A stretch of DNA of 64,000 bases. It comes from Antechinus flavipes. Its lineage: Eukaryota. The DNA is taken from NCBI RefSeq assembly GCF_016432865.1, contig NC_067401.1:446400001-446464000 (forward strand). Reading direction: 5' to 3'. Shown one piece after another: positions 12,300 through 25,402 of the stretch. Under the pieces are notes generated by a model. The model was not told where the DNA came from, searched no databases, and worked only from the letters and a program-made list of their open reading frames with translations. The position numbers were made by a program, and so were the translations under genes. Position 1 is the stretch's first letter; each line of letters opens with the position of its first letter.

Positions 12300-12660
12300 T
12301 TTATGGTCAGAGAGATGAATTGTCTGTGAGACAGCCAGGAAGCTAGTATTGCTGGATGTAAAAGTACATGGCAGGAAGCTGTAAGAAGCCTAGTGTGCAA
12401 GCTGGGGCTCAATTTGGCAGGACTTTCAATACTAAGCAGAGGAATTTGTATTTAATACTGGAGATAATAGGGAGCCACTGGAGTTTTTTGAGTAGGGAGT
12501 GACATGATCATCCCTGTGCTTTAGGAAAATCACTTTGGTGGCATGGAGAATGGATTGGAATGGGGAGGGACTGGAGGAAGATGGACTCCCCAGCAGCTAA
12601 TGCATGAGATAATGAGGGACTGCACCAGGGGGATTAGGAGGAGGAGAGAAGGAAGGCAAA
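12300..12660 (-). mobile_element. L2 LINE fragment
   Basis: gggagccactggagttttttgagtagggagtgacatgatc...tttaggaaaatcactttgg, typical antisense L2. Confidence 0.7.
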
Positions 12661-15294
12661 TGCACTTCTCTTTGATGAATATGTGATCTCCTCAGTGTAG
12701 GTGTCCCCTCTATCAGATTGCTGTCCTTGCATACCTTACCTAGTTCTCCCACAAATCCTGAGTTTTCGAGGCTTTTTTAAACCCAAGTGAGCTGACTTTC
12801 CATCACCCTTCTCTCTCACTTCATAACTCAACTCCTTTTCTGATCCTTGATGCAAGTGATTTTTCTTTCTCTGAATCTCCCCCTTCCCGTTTTTTCTTTT
12901 CTTCTTTTTCTTTGTTGTTGTTATTATTTATTTTTCTAACAGCTGAGGAGATGGACCGATTAAGTGATGGGACCTATGTCACCCAGGACTATACCATGAT
13001 TCAAACCCAGTTGCCCCATACCTAGGTCTCTCCATCAACCTTGGTTTCCCTGTAGCTTTTGGTCTTTGGGATAAAATTTGTTTTTGTTAATTCTTATTTC
13101 TGTCTTATATGTGAGCATTCCCCTCTCCCTGAATAAAATAACCAGTGAGATCCTTGTCTATCCACTTGGGATGGATCTATCCATCTTTTTAGGTAGCTCT
13201 CCCTTTTTTTCCCCTCAAGCCAATGTTATTTTTCTTTGACTACCCAATTCTGAAGTCACAGAGTAGGATATCCTTTAGGAAATTATAGTAGTTGTTATAA
13301 AAATTTGAGTAATTATTGGTATTCAATCCCATAATATTTCAAAATATTATTAAATACCTTTAAGCTCACTAGGTTCTTATTGTAACTTATTTTGTGGTAT
13401 TTGTATAGAGAGAAATCACCTAGAAACCCAATCAATTTCTATTTTTGTTTTATATCCTTTTTAGGTTTTTTCCTTTAGGTTCTCAGTATAATAATTATAG
13501 TAATAATAGCTCATCTAGTTTTTTTCTGTTTTACACAGTGCTTTCATGTGAATTATTTCATTTAATCTTCATAGTATCTTTGTTGTGTGAGTAGGTGAGT
13601 TCCTGTTTTACCATTGAGGAACCTAAAATTCAGAAGGGGTTAAATTACAGGTACAAGGTCATGTAAGTAGTGTCAGAACCGTAACCTGACCGAAGTCTTC
13701 TGACTTCTAAAGGATTCGAGTATGAACTCCAGTATTGAAATCAATTAATCCCCTTTAATCCAGAGAGATAATTAACTTTCTCCTATTCTAATATATTCTT
13801 CCCCATTATGATTATGCATATAATGAAAGAAAACTCAATGCCTTCTGGAAAACCAAGTGTAGAGTAATTATGTAAGTTGATTTCCCTATTCATGTTGACA
13901 GAGTTCATGGAGTGAGGAAAAAAAAAAAAGATTTCCATAAATATTAAACTTTCAGATTCCTTGGGCTTTAAAGTATACAAAACAAACAAAACAAAACAAA
14001 ACAAAAAAACCTTGACTGCTTTTCAAATGAACCAATTGGCTATTGAATTTAAGGATAATTAAAAAAAAAAAAACTATTAATGGCCATTTCCAGTTAAATA
14101 AATTCACAATTTCTAGAATATAAAAATATAGCTTTTCAGGTTAATCCTAAAAGTAGGAGGAAGAAGCAGTAATCTTAAATTCCCAAACACTGCCCAGTGG
14201 TTTAGGATTATATGGGCATACCTTGCCTACTCTAGGGGAAAGGTCACCACTCACACCCCTTTCCCTAATCCTTTCTGGGATTTAGAAGGAAGTGGGAATC
14301 AAGAAGGATCTCTAGATGATATAATGGAAAATACACCAGATAAAAAGAGGATTCGAAACCTTAAGGGTGCCCACATGCAGTGGCTTTGAGCCTGGAAATA
14401 TCCAGATTTCTCCAAAAAGAAATCTTTTTTTTTTCATTTAAAATAAGATTATTTTTTAAATATTTAATTAAATTCTGGTTTCTTTTGTTTGAATAAAAAA
14501 TGTATTTTATGATCATTGAAGAAATGTTGCTGTAAAAGATAAAATTTTTGAATTCCCTCACACTCCCTGAAGAAATGAGCCATACATTCATGTGGTATGA
14601 TTGTGGTTTAAGTTTTTCCTCACTGTGCAGTGGACTTGACAATAAGTATACTACCTATCTGCATGGTAACTATGAATGCTTGTAAACTATGAAGCACTAA
14701 TTATGTGTAATTTTGTTGTTATGGATTAATAAATAACATTTATCTCCCCGATACAGCAGGGTTCCTGGCTGCTGTTTTCTAGTATAGTACCCATTTATAA
14801 CAAGGTTAGTCTTCACACCTTTGGGGACACTGTACAAAATAGAGCTTAATGCTTATGGCCTGAATAGCTTGTGGTTATTTATAAATTACAAACTGTTTAA
14901 TAAATTACCTGAAGTTATGAATTTCTATTGAGGGAAGCTTAGAAAGCAGTAGAATCAAGGTAAGAGCTTATGGTCCATAACCCATTTAAGATCTTTGCCC
15001 TCCACCTTCCCATTATTCGTTTGTATACTAATGATTTCCCTCTCTATCCAGCTTCTCCTTTCAATGATCATGTCAGTCTGTTAAGTTGTCAGGATATCTG
15101 ATCTTTAAGTGTACCTGACCTCTGTGTTGTACATTCTGATTTTCAAATATGCTGCAGGTGATTAGTCTTTTAGAATATGTCTTAATCACAAGTTGGGGAC
15201 TGCCTGTGTATATTGTTGATTATAAAATTATTTGTTGTTTTTCAACTCAGCTTGAGGGATAATTTATTCTTTTTTTTTTTTTAATCAAAAACAG

Positions 15295-15436
15295 TTCACA
15301 GAAGAAAAGCTTGGTCAGGCAGAGAAGACTGAATTGGATGCTCACTTAGAGAATCTTCTTAGCAAAGCTGAATGCACCAAACATTGGACAGAAAAAATTA
15401 TGAAGCAAACAGAAGTGCTATTGCAGCCAAATCCTA
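15295..15436 (+). CDS. SH3GLB1: SH3GLB1 exon 2 (FTEEKLGQAEKTELDAHLENLLSKAECTKHWTEKIMKQTEVLLQPNP)
   Basis: T-tract then aaaaacag acceptor; 142 nt; donor A|gtaagg; phase 0 to 1. Confidence 0.98.
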
Positions 15437-17491
15437 GTAAGGAACCTTTTTTCTTTCTATTTGGTTCTATTTGGCAAATTTTATTTAAAGTACTACCTCT
15501 GCTATAGCATCCTTATTTAGCTTTAATGGGTCTTTTAATGATTGGATTTTGGGGAGTCTTTCTTTTTGATTGAAAAAAAGAGTATTTTTAAATGTAGTTA
15601 TTTATTAACATGTATCATATTTTATCTATTTTCATATCTAATTTATATAATTGACAGTATTTGAAGGCTTTCTGGAATCTTGTGTAACTAAATACAATCA
15701 GAATAAAATTCAAGTTATGCCCAATAACAATAATTAAAATACAAGCTCAAAGACTTTTCAAATTATGAGCTCAATGAATTTTAAGAAACATGTTTGGAAG
15801 GCCCACAAAAGTAAACAAATCCTTCTGTTTGCTTGGAGCTAGAAATCTTTCTGAATCATTCCAGATAAGATACATTAGGGTTATTTCATATTTGTCCAAA
15901 CATAGAATTGTAGAGCAGGTAATTTTATCTCTGTTTTATAGATGAAGAAATTGAGTCTCAGAATGGTTAGGTGGACTTTTTCATGTTGCTCAGCTTATTA
16001 GCAGTGGAGACAGAACTAATACTTGAGGCTTTTAAAACCAGTCAAATACTCAATCTACTGTTACAATATTTTGAGGGGGAATGAGGAGAAAAGGACACAT
16101 GACAAATATTTGATGGGAATCAGCTACGTGAATTTTTTCCTTGCCTAATTCTCTTCCTTTTTTCTACCATGATATGTTGACTGCATGAATTTGAATTATT
16201 AGATATTTCATTTGAATTTTAAAATTTTAGACAAGTATTTATTACTACAATGTGAATATCAAGTTCAAGAGTGATTAGAAGTGCTAAATGTTCTGGGTTT
16301 TTTCTTAGGTTATGTAGTTTTGTTTTTTTAACAGACATTAAGTGAAATTTAGTTTCATTGGAGGGATGTTAATCTTTCATGCTTATATAGCTTGTCCATA
16401 GTTTAAAAGAAGAAATAATAAATATTTTTATTTTAATGCCTTCCTTTATGATAACAAAATTTCTTTTATATTTATTAGTAATCCACAGTAAGATAACCCT
16501 GAAGTCACTCATTTTTACTTAAAACCCAAGTAGATATTCAACTTTACTAATTTAAAATGAATTTTATTAATATTTCACAGTTGCCTATTAATCAGATTTA
16601 ACTTAGTTATATATAAATTCTAAAATCAGTACTTGAAATATGTAAGCAACCCTTCATTCTCCCAAATCACAAATATGTCTAAGTAGTTTATTCTATGCAG
16701 CAAAATCTACCATAGAAATCATTATTACTCTAGTATTAGCATCCAACAGAAGTAAATTTTTTGCAGGAAGACATGAAGTATGAAGCTGTTTTATTGATCC
16801 AAACTAAATTAAATTTAATACATGTGTGTTATTATTGCTAACATCAGGCCAATTGCATAGTCATTTCATAGTCTGAACTGGATCATTTACGGGAATGATC
16901 TCGTACTCTCACATCTATATTTAGTCTTTGAGACTTTTAACCACGCCTAACAGATTAGTTAAAGGTAGAAGAGACTTGTATGTTATTCTCATTCTCTAAT
17001 AACTTTTCTCTTCTAAACTTAGAAATAGTTTGTATTTATAGTTTCTAAATCTGGGATACAGAGCTATAAAATTGTGTTTCATTCAAAAGCAAACGTTTAG
17101 TAAATTTGAAAGAAAAGTCTAAATGTACAAAGGAGTTTGTACTTGAAAATAGCTGTTCCTATCAGATTTTTTTAAGAACTTAAAATCCCACAGGATTCTT
17201 ATATAACCCTAGGAAAAGTTTTGCCTTTTAAAATAAATTGTGTCCAGTTATTTTTTAATAAATTTAATTCCTGATTTTAAAAAAGACATTGTAAATAAAC
17301 TTCTAAAGAGGAAGAATTTTGGTATGTTAATATTTTGATGGTCAAATAAGATATTTGTGCTATTTTTCACAATCAATGAGATCTATGTTTTAATCATACT
17401 TGTTTGAAGAGATGGCATAGTTCATAACAAAATGCTTTTTAAAATAAAAACAGCATTTTAATTTAAATTTATAATCTTAACTTTTTCCCAG

Positions 17492-17620
17492 ATGCTAGAA
17501 TAGAAGAGTTTGTTTATGAGAAGTTGGATAGAAAAGCTCCAAGTCGTACAAACAACCAAGAAGTCTTGGGGCAATACATGATTGATGCAGGGAATGAATT
17601 TGGCCCAGGAACTGCTTATG
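17492..17620 (+). CDS. SH3GLB1: SH3GLB1 exon 3 (NARIEEFVYEKLDRKAPSRTNNQEVLGQYMIDAGNEFGPGTAYG)
   Basis: ctttttcccag acceptor; 129 nt; donor G|gtaagt; phase 1 to 1. Confidence 0.98.
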
Positions 17621-19499
17621 GTAAGTGAAAACTTAAGAAGATTTGATAAGAAATACTTCATAATAGGATTGGATCCTTATTTAGAACATTTTACTTGAAA
17701 TCACTTTAGCTTCAGATATGGGATATTCAGTTGTTACTTGAAGTGATGGACAATTTAATAAAAACAAAATTTAACAGTAGCCATGGAATTCTGTAAAAGG
17801 TCTGTTTTAAAAAGATTTATTTATTTTTTTACCACTAAGTAGTATTTGATTCACCATTCATTCTTAAGCATAAATTTTAATTTTAATACATAATCTAATT
17901 AAAATTTTTCTGCTATATATAGTTTATGAACAGATCCTGAACAGATAATTTTATATGTGAAATATTTTTTGAGTAATTGAAACTCGAACAAAAAGTAAAC
18001 TGAGTATTGAATTTGAAGTACGATATTTTTACATTTGTGATTCCATTGGCTTCATTTATTGTATTCAAAATTTAGATTTCTTGGAGACCCAAAGATATTT
18101 AAAATCTGATTTACATAAACTTTTGGACTTTTAGTTCTTAAGATAAAGAAATCTCCAAACTATGCTTTTTTTGAAGGAAAGAATTCAAATAATTACTTCA
18201 CAGTTTTTAAGGTCATCAAAATCTATATTATAGTCAGATGTCAAATAAATCTTTGTCTCACCTCTTTTTTATCACAAACTTCTTACTCACTGAATTTTAT
18301 ATTTGAAAGCCACCTTGGCAATGATCTGATTCAATTTCTTCATTTTACAGAAAAGAAGAATCAGCCCCTGGTAGCCAAACAAATGAATTCAGCTTAAGAT
18401 CATGCTAGTTAGTGCCAGGGTTTGGTCCAGGGTGCTGGCCTTCTTTCTCTTTTGCCATAATGGTCTTTCCACCATCTCATGATGCTCTTACTCTACCTCT
18501 TAGTAGAGTTGTAATTGATTCTGCCATGTGTTCAGTATCTTTTTGTCCATCTTTATTTTCCTTGACTTTTCTGAAAACATTTGACTGTTATGGGAAGCAA
18601 CTTGCTAGTGGCTTCTGGGTGTTACAGAAGCCACCAGAGAATGGGTGCTGGAGATCTAATTCTGACCAGCAGAATAGATCCCTTCATGTGAGAGGATAGA
18701 TAATAACAATACAAGGAGACTGAGAGGCAGGTGCATTTTCTGACCTCCCTTCTCTTCCCTCTTGCCTCCCATTTATTTCATTCCCAATCCACAAGCCACA
18801 TCTGTGTCAGTAGAAGCTGATTTGCAATTCCTTCAAGTATGTTATAATTCACAGCTGTGGGGGCTTTAGGAGAATTGACCTGCCTCTTCACACTTAATTG
18901 TGGTTCTTAAATTTGACAGTGACCATCCTTCTTCCTCCTATCTCCTTTGGCTTGGGTTCCTTTTTTTTCTCTTTCACCACCTATGTTTTGAGTATACCCC
19001 ATGTCTCTCTCCTTGGCTTTCTTCATACAATATTTTGTCTGCTTCAGTTGCTATATCTCTACTTGGATAACTGCTATTTCTATGGTTCTGACATATCCCA
19101 AGTTTCTTAGGATTTAAGACATCTTCACTTAAATGTCCAACTAACACCTCAAACTCAGTTTTTTAAATACTAAACATATCTATTATCTTATTCCTTACTA
19201 CCCTTTTTCCCCCTCTTCTTCTACTCCCCATCCCCCAAAAGCCCATTGCTCTTCCTTATAAATTTCCTATGTATTGTCTGTACCACCATCTCCTAGTCAT
19301 CCAGACTTAGAACTTCAGTCATTGCTCAGATTATTCCCTGCCCCTACCACTTCCCAGTTGCCAAGTCAATTGTTAAGCCCGTCAGTGTCTGAGGTATCAG
19401 AGATCCAAGTAGGAGAGTCCTTTCTATGGGCCCCATGGCCAGCCGTGGCAGAGATTTGGTGCCTCCTGAGGCAGGCTGAGTCTACTTTGGGGCAGTCCT

Positions 19500-19970
19500 A
19501 GTTACCAGGAAATTCACCTTCTTCTTAATCCAAAATCTCTGCCTTTGCAGCTCCTACCTATCGTTTCCAGTTTTCCCTTAGAGCCAATCAGAAAAAGTTC
19601 AGTATTCCTAAAATATTTGAGGACTGCCGTCCTGTGCTTCTCCAAACTAAACATCCTTACTTAGTTCCTTCAGTTTTGTACTGGAAAACAATCCCCAGTC
19701 TCCTGTCTCTTCTGACCATGTTCCTCCTTGCCAGGGTCTTACAGTGTGTGATGCCCAGATCTGGTCTGATCAAAGCAGAAGACAATGGGATTGTTACATC
19801 CTGGTTGTGGAGCTGCTGTATCACACGGATCAAGATTTGGGGTTGTGTCTTCTAAGATTTCTCACACCGTGATTTTCTAGCCATGCTTCCTCCATCCTGT
19901 TCTCGTGTAGTTGGTGCTTTTGAATCTAAGTGTAGGACTTCTTATTTACCCCTATTATGAATTCCGACTA
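19500..19970 (-). mobile_element. L3/CR1 LINE fragment
   Basis: cttctccaaactaaacatcc...agttccttca and gaatctaagtgtaggact motifs of antisense CR1/L3 ORF2. Confidence 0.65.
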
Positions 19971-20029
19971 AGATATCCAAGTGGACCCTGCCTTTATGAC
20001 ATTTTCAGATTTGATGAGCAGATGTTCTA

Positions 20030-20590
20030 TTCCTTATCCAGATCACCTCATTTCTAGACTCCTGCTGCTGGGTCTCCCTGATTCATCAGTCTCCTCACTC
20101 CAGTCCCTTCTTCAGTGTCTGAATCAGTTGTCAAACTGACTCTGTCATGCTCTTATTCAATTACCTTCCTATTCTCGCTCACCTCTAGGATCAAATTTCA
20201 GATTTCCTGTTTGTCCTTCAAAGCCTTTCATTACCCAAAACCTTTTTACCTGTGTAATTCTACATTCTAGAACAGCTGACGACCTTGCCTCTGTCTCCCA
20301 GTTCTAGGACATTTTCACTGGCTTGCCTAGCTTCCTTCAAGTTTGGACTAAAATTCCACTTGTGAACGAAACCTATCCTAAATCCTTTTTAGTCTTCTTT
20401 TTGTGATTTATTTCCAGTTTGTCCTGTTTTTAATTTGTTTGTACTTAGTTGTTTACATGTTGTCTTCCCCTGCTAGACTGTTAGCTTCTTGGGAATAGAA
20501 TAGGTCCTGTCATACTTTGGTTCCTCAGTGCTTAGCAGAGTTTCTGGGTATATCATAGGTACTTAATAAGTACTTATTGTTTTGTTGACT
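20030..20590 (+). mobile_element. L2 LINE 3' end
   Basis: Ends in cagtgcttagcagagtttctgggtatatcataggtacttaataagtacttattg (L2 tail). Confidence 0.7.
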
Positions 20591-21007
20591 AAATGCTCAC
20601 AAAATATCCCTTTCATAATATATTATTTCCAAGAAGAAATTAAGCTCTTTGGCCTATAGTCCATCCTCTTCCTGTTTTGAAAATTTTGTGACATATTCCC
20701 TTTTGTGAATTTCCTCACATAAGTATATGTCCTTACTGTACTGAGCTGCTCATTGCTGTTCTTGGAAGGGTACTCATGCATCCTCTCCTAGTCAAAAGTC
20801 ATATCCCATCAAGTCCTATTTCCTGTCATTTCTGCTTCTGCAGTGTCCCATCTCTGTTCCCTCACTTTCACATATTCCCTGCCTCTTCCCTGAGCCTGCT
20901 CATCCCCTCATAACTGACCTCTTTTCCTCCAGTCTTTCTTCCCTCCCTTATACCACAGTCAAAAAATCTTTCTCGAGTCACCCCCCCCCCCTTTTAAAAA
21001 AAACTGT

Positions 21008-21232
21008 TGGGTGCTGGATGTGGATCAGGAGGTCCTGCATCCAGTCTTGACTCTGGCACTTACTAGCTCTGTAAGCCTGAGCAAGTCACTTCACTGCTGC
21101 CTGCCTCAGTTCCTCATTGTTAAATCAGGATAATAATAGTGCCCACCTAACAGGCTTCTTATGAGGATCAAATAAATCTGTGTGAAGCATTTTATAAAAC
21201 TTAAAGTGCTGTATCTATGCTAGCTATTATTA
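21008..21232 (+). mobile_element. MIR CORE-SINE
   Basis: cacttactagctctgtaagcctgagcaagtcactt...cctcagttcctcattgttaaatcaggataataatagt. Confidence 0.75.
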
Positions 21233-21706
21233 TGTCAGTGGCTCTCTCAGGATATAGTACTCCTTATTGGATGCCCTTCTTGGGCATATCCACTGGCCCC
21301 CAAAACTGACGTGACCTGAAGCCACTTTCATCAGACTAGATTAGATAGGGGCATCACTGGCAAAGTGGAACACTGGGGGACATTGTTACAGTGCAGTTAA
21401 ACAGAAATGTGTTGTTTGGACATATGGTTGTTAACATTTTAACAGTTCACCTGTGCCCTGAGCTTTAGTTTCTTCATCTAAAGAATAAAGAGGAGAATTG
21501 AATCAGGTGGCATCTGTGATCCCTCCCAACTCCCAAGTCTGCCATCCCATGTAAGAGTTCTCTTGAGACTGCTCAGGTATTCTCTCTTTCCTTAACTATA
21601 GCTAATGGAGATTGCTCTCTCCCAAATCTCACATGCAGCCTAACCTTTCTCATTCTTACTAGTGTCAGTTGTTGTTACTATGCATTTCTCATACAACTTT
21701 TATGTA

Positions 21707-21940
21707 AGCTGGTTGGCACAGTGGATAGAGCGCCAGGCCAGGAGACTCATCATTCTGAGTTCAAATCTGGCCTCAGGCACTTACTAGCTATGTGACTTTG
21801 GGCAAGTAATGCAACCCTGTTTGTCTCAATTTCCTCATCTGTATGATTTAGAGGATAGAAAAAATCACTCTAGTATCTTTGCCAAGAAAAGCCCAAATCA
21901 CAGAGAGTGAGATGTGACTGAAATGATTGGACAACACAAA
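21707..21940 (+). mobile_element. MAR1-type CORE-SINE (RTE-derived tail)
   Basis: tRNA-like head cacagtggatagagcgcc, B box gagttcaaatc, CORE, tail agtatctttgccaagaaaa...gactgaaatga...caac. Confidence 0.8.
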
Positions 21941-22629
21941 TATATAATAACTTTTAGATTGTAGAATTCTTGAGAATGGGAACTATCATGTTTGATAATT
22001 CAATTAATATAGCATTTTGTACCTAGTGGGTATTATTACTGAATGAATAGCAACTTTCAGGTATATATATTCCTGTTCTCTATAAATTCTTTATAAAGAA
22101 TTTTGTAAGCATTCACATCTTATAAACAATTTTCTTCAGTTATTCCAATACTATTATGTGTATTTTAATACTTTTTAAATTTTCTGACTTAAAAATAGCT
22201 AATTTGTTGTTAATTATAATTATCACTGATTTAATAGGAAGGCATTTAGCAATTATAGATTAATAACTTTAAACTATTTCTTGGTTTAAAAATTAAACTC
22301 ATTCTAAGCCATAGGAACTTTAGAGTTGGAAGAGACCTCAGAGACAATCTAGCCAAACACCCTCATTTTACAGATGAAGAAACTCAGGCACTGGAAGGTT
22401 GTGACTTGCCCAAGTTCACACAGATAAGCAGGCATTAGAAGTGTGATTTGGATTCAGCTGCTCTTAACTTTAGGACTAAAGTATTTTTGAGGTTATATAT
22501 TTTTAAGTAATAGTTTCATAAGAACTATTTGATTTTTGAATAGTCAAGTTGCTGCTTTATCTTCTCATTGTATGGGCTTAATTATTTTACACATTGCCAG
22601 AAGATGGTAAATAAAGTTTTCCTTTGCAG

Positions 22630-22763
22630 GTAATGCCCTCATCAAATGTGGAGAAACACAAAAACGAATTGGAATGGCAGACAGAGAACTGATTCAAACA
22701 TCTGCAATAAACTTTCTTACTCCTTTAAGAAACTTTATAGAAGGAGATTATAAAACAATTGCT
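22630..22763 (+). CDS. SH3GLB1: SH3GLB1 exon 4 (NALIKCGETQKRIGMADRELIQTSAINFLTPLRNFIEGDYKTIA)
   Basis: ttttcctttgcag acceptor; 134 nt; donor GCT|gtgagt. Confidence 0.98.
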
Positions 22764-23959
22764 GTGAGTTGGAACTTTTTGTTTTTGTAAAATAATAAAT
22801 ATGTGCTCATACTGTAATAAGTATTGGCAACTATATTCACCTTCTTAATGATTGATTTCAAAAATCTTAATTATATACATGTAATAGGCACAGAAATTTT
22901 AAAACAAAATATCTCCAGTTATACTCTCTGTTCAACATATGTAGCATTGAAGTGGTAATTAAAAGCTGGGCCAAAGTAAAGAACTAGTGTGGGAGTATTA
23001 AGGAGCTCCTTGTCTCTGTCCATGAATGGATTTATAGTGGGATTCCTAGAAATTCAAGGAAAGGCAAAGACTATCATTTAAGTAGCACCTAAGTCGCAAG
23101 ACAGTTTTCAAAAACACACTATGACTGTTAACCCTATATGTCTGGATTCTAGAGCCATATACAAATCCCAAATACCCACCTATTTAATCCTTAGGGCAAC
23201 CTAATCAGTGGGACTTGTGGAAATTATGCATCATTTCCTAAGAAATATGCTGAAACACTACATTATGGGAAGAAGCAAATTATTCCCAATTGTTTTTGAC
23301 ATATACTCTTTCCTGCTTTTTCCCAGCGGACTCAACCCACTGTGCTCTCTAGGCTAAAACCTACCTAGAATGAAAGTAGGGAAAAGCTGTCATCTTGATT
23401 TCACTTTGAGACCTTTTAGCTAATTTGCAAGAACCTTCATTCTAAAACATTTTGGCAATGTGTTGTTTTTAGAAAATGTTTGTTGGTGTGAAAATTAAAT
23501 GTCAATAGCACTTGATTTTTTTATAGCATTTTAGCCTTACTCAAAAGAAGTATCGATCTTTTTTCTTTTAAAAACGTTATTTATATCTTTATCTTTAAAG
23601 CTTTAGCAAAACTAAATCTACATATCAACTGAGAATATTTGCTGTTCCCCACACATATAGGGCCCAATCTCTGTGAAGATGGAAAGGAGCTCCATTTTTC
23701 ATCAGTTCTCTAGGATCAAGCTGGGATTTCTTAACCACATTCTGTTTTATTCCTAAATCTCCTTTTTATATAGGATGAAATTAAGATTTAGAGAAGTCAA
23801 GGCATTTGACCAGGGTCCCATGGCTAATAGTCATTCCCTCACTCTAGGTCCAACATTGTAGCCATTGTACCTCTGAAGTGCCTAGAGAAAATGTATCATC
23901 TGCTTTTTTCTGCTTGCTGAATTGTTAACTCTCTAAAGGGCTCTTTTTCATATTTACAG

Positions 23960-24052
23960 AAAGAAAAGAAACTACTGCACAATAAGAGACTTGATTTGGA
24001 TGCAGCAAAGACCAGACTAAAAAAGGCAAAAATGGCTGAGGCCAAAGCAATA
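23960..24052 (+). CDS. SH3GLB1: SH3GLB1 exon 5 (KEKKLLHNKRLDLDAAKTRLKKAKMAEAKAI)
   Basis: tatttacag acceptor; 93 nt, phase 0/0; donor ATA|gtaagt. Confidence 0.97.
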
Positions 24053-25258
24053 GTAAGTAGTGTTTTGGAGTCATCATTAATCCCCCCAAAAAAACTCATT
24101 TTTAAAAAGTACTCAGAATTATTACTGTATCACATGAAGTATGTATGACTAAAAGAAAATTTTTATTTTAAAATCAAATTCATCCATATTTCACACCCCA
24201 AATTATTATTATTCTTTTAGAGGAATTAAACTCTATATATATTTGTTATGTTGCTCTTTCTGCAAATAATCATTGGCATTGCTTTAGAGCTCTTATCACA
24301 TTCAGTTTAATATCTTGCCCTATATCACGTTCTAGATGGTAAATGAAGAGGATAATGACTAAGACATAGCCCTTTTTAATCAATGGATGCAAAAGAAAGG
24401 GGATCTCCAACATTGTGTTTTGTGTTTCTTGATAACTGTTGAAGATGGTACCTAAAGGGAAACTGGAACAAGATCTGCTTTTTTTTTTTTTCTTAACCAA
24501 GCAATAGCATGAGTTTTAACTCTTAAAACAAGAGGTTATAACTTTAGAAATAATAATGATTGTTAAGCATTTATGTAGACTTTAAGGCTAAGTGTTTGAC
24601 ATATTTTAAATCATTTTTAACACAGTTACCTTGTGGGAGATAGGTGATATTATTTCTTCATTTTGTAAATGAGGAAACCAAAATATATAGCGGTTAAATC
24701 ACTTTTCCAGGGTCATACAGTAAGTATTTAAGACAGGATTCAAACTCAGGTCAATGCCAAGACCCACCTTTTATCTTCTGTATCACCTAACTGTCTTTGA
24801 AGTTATTCATATTATTCATTTTTATCCACTTATTAGTTTCTAAGATAACATGCAAATTAGTTATCAAAAGCACATTTTTACTTTCAAAACACAATTTCTA
24901 GGGCTTGCTACAGCAATATGTATGCAACTTAAATTGGGATAGTGATCTTACGTAGCTTTGCTCTAATGGGTTTGAATAATTACCCTACTAAACAATTTTG
25001 AAACCCTTTGAAAGAATCCCAGAGCTTTAGAATTAATATGAAAGAATGTGAATTGGAATTCTGTATTAGTTATTCATTTTACTTTGGGATATATCCTTCC
25101 AATTACTTATTTACTTAAACTCTCATTTGCCTCTGTAAGGTTATTTTAAGGTGTTATGAATTTTTTTTTATCTTTTTAGGACTAATTTTTATTATTTTGT
25201 AACTTTATTAATACCAATTTATACCTACCACAAAAATTCTTGCGATTTAGTTCTTCTG

Positions 25259-25364
25259 GGACAATTAGGTAGCTCAGTGGATAGAGCACCAGCCGTGAAG
25301 TCAAGAGGACCTGAGTTCAAATGTGGCCTCAGATACTTAACACTTGACCCCAATTGCCTCAGCC

Positions 25365-25396
<32 letters not shown>
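25259..25396 (+). mobile_element. WSINE1-like SINE with internal deletion, A8+(GA)n tail and 15-bp TSD
   Basis: A/B boxes present. TSD gatttagttcttctg at 25244-25258 and 25397-25411. Confidence 0.88.
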
Positions 25397-25402
<6 letters not shown>
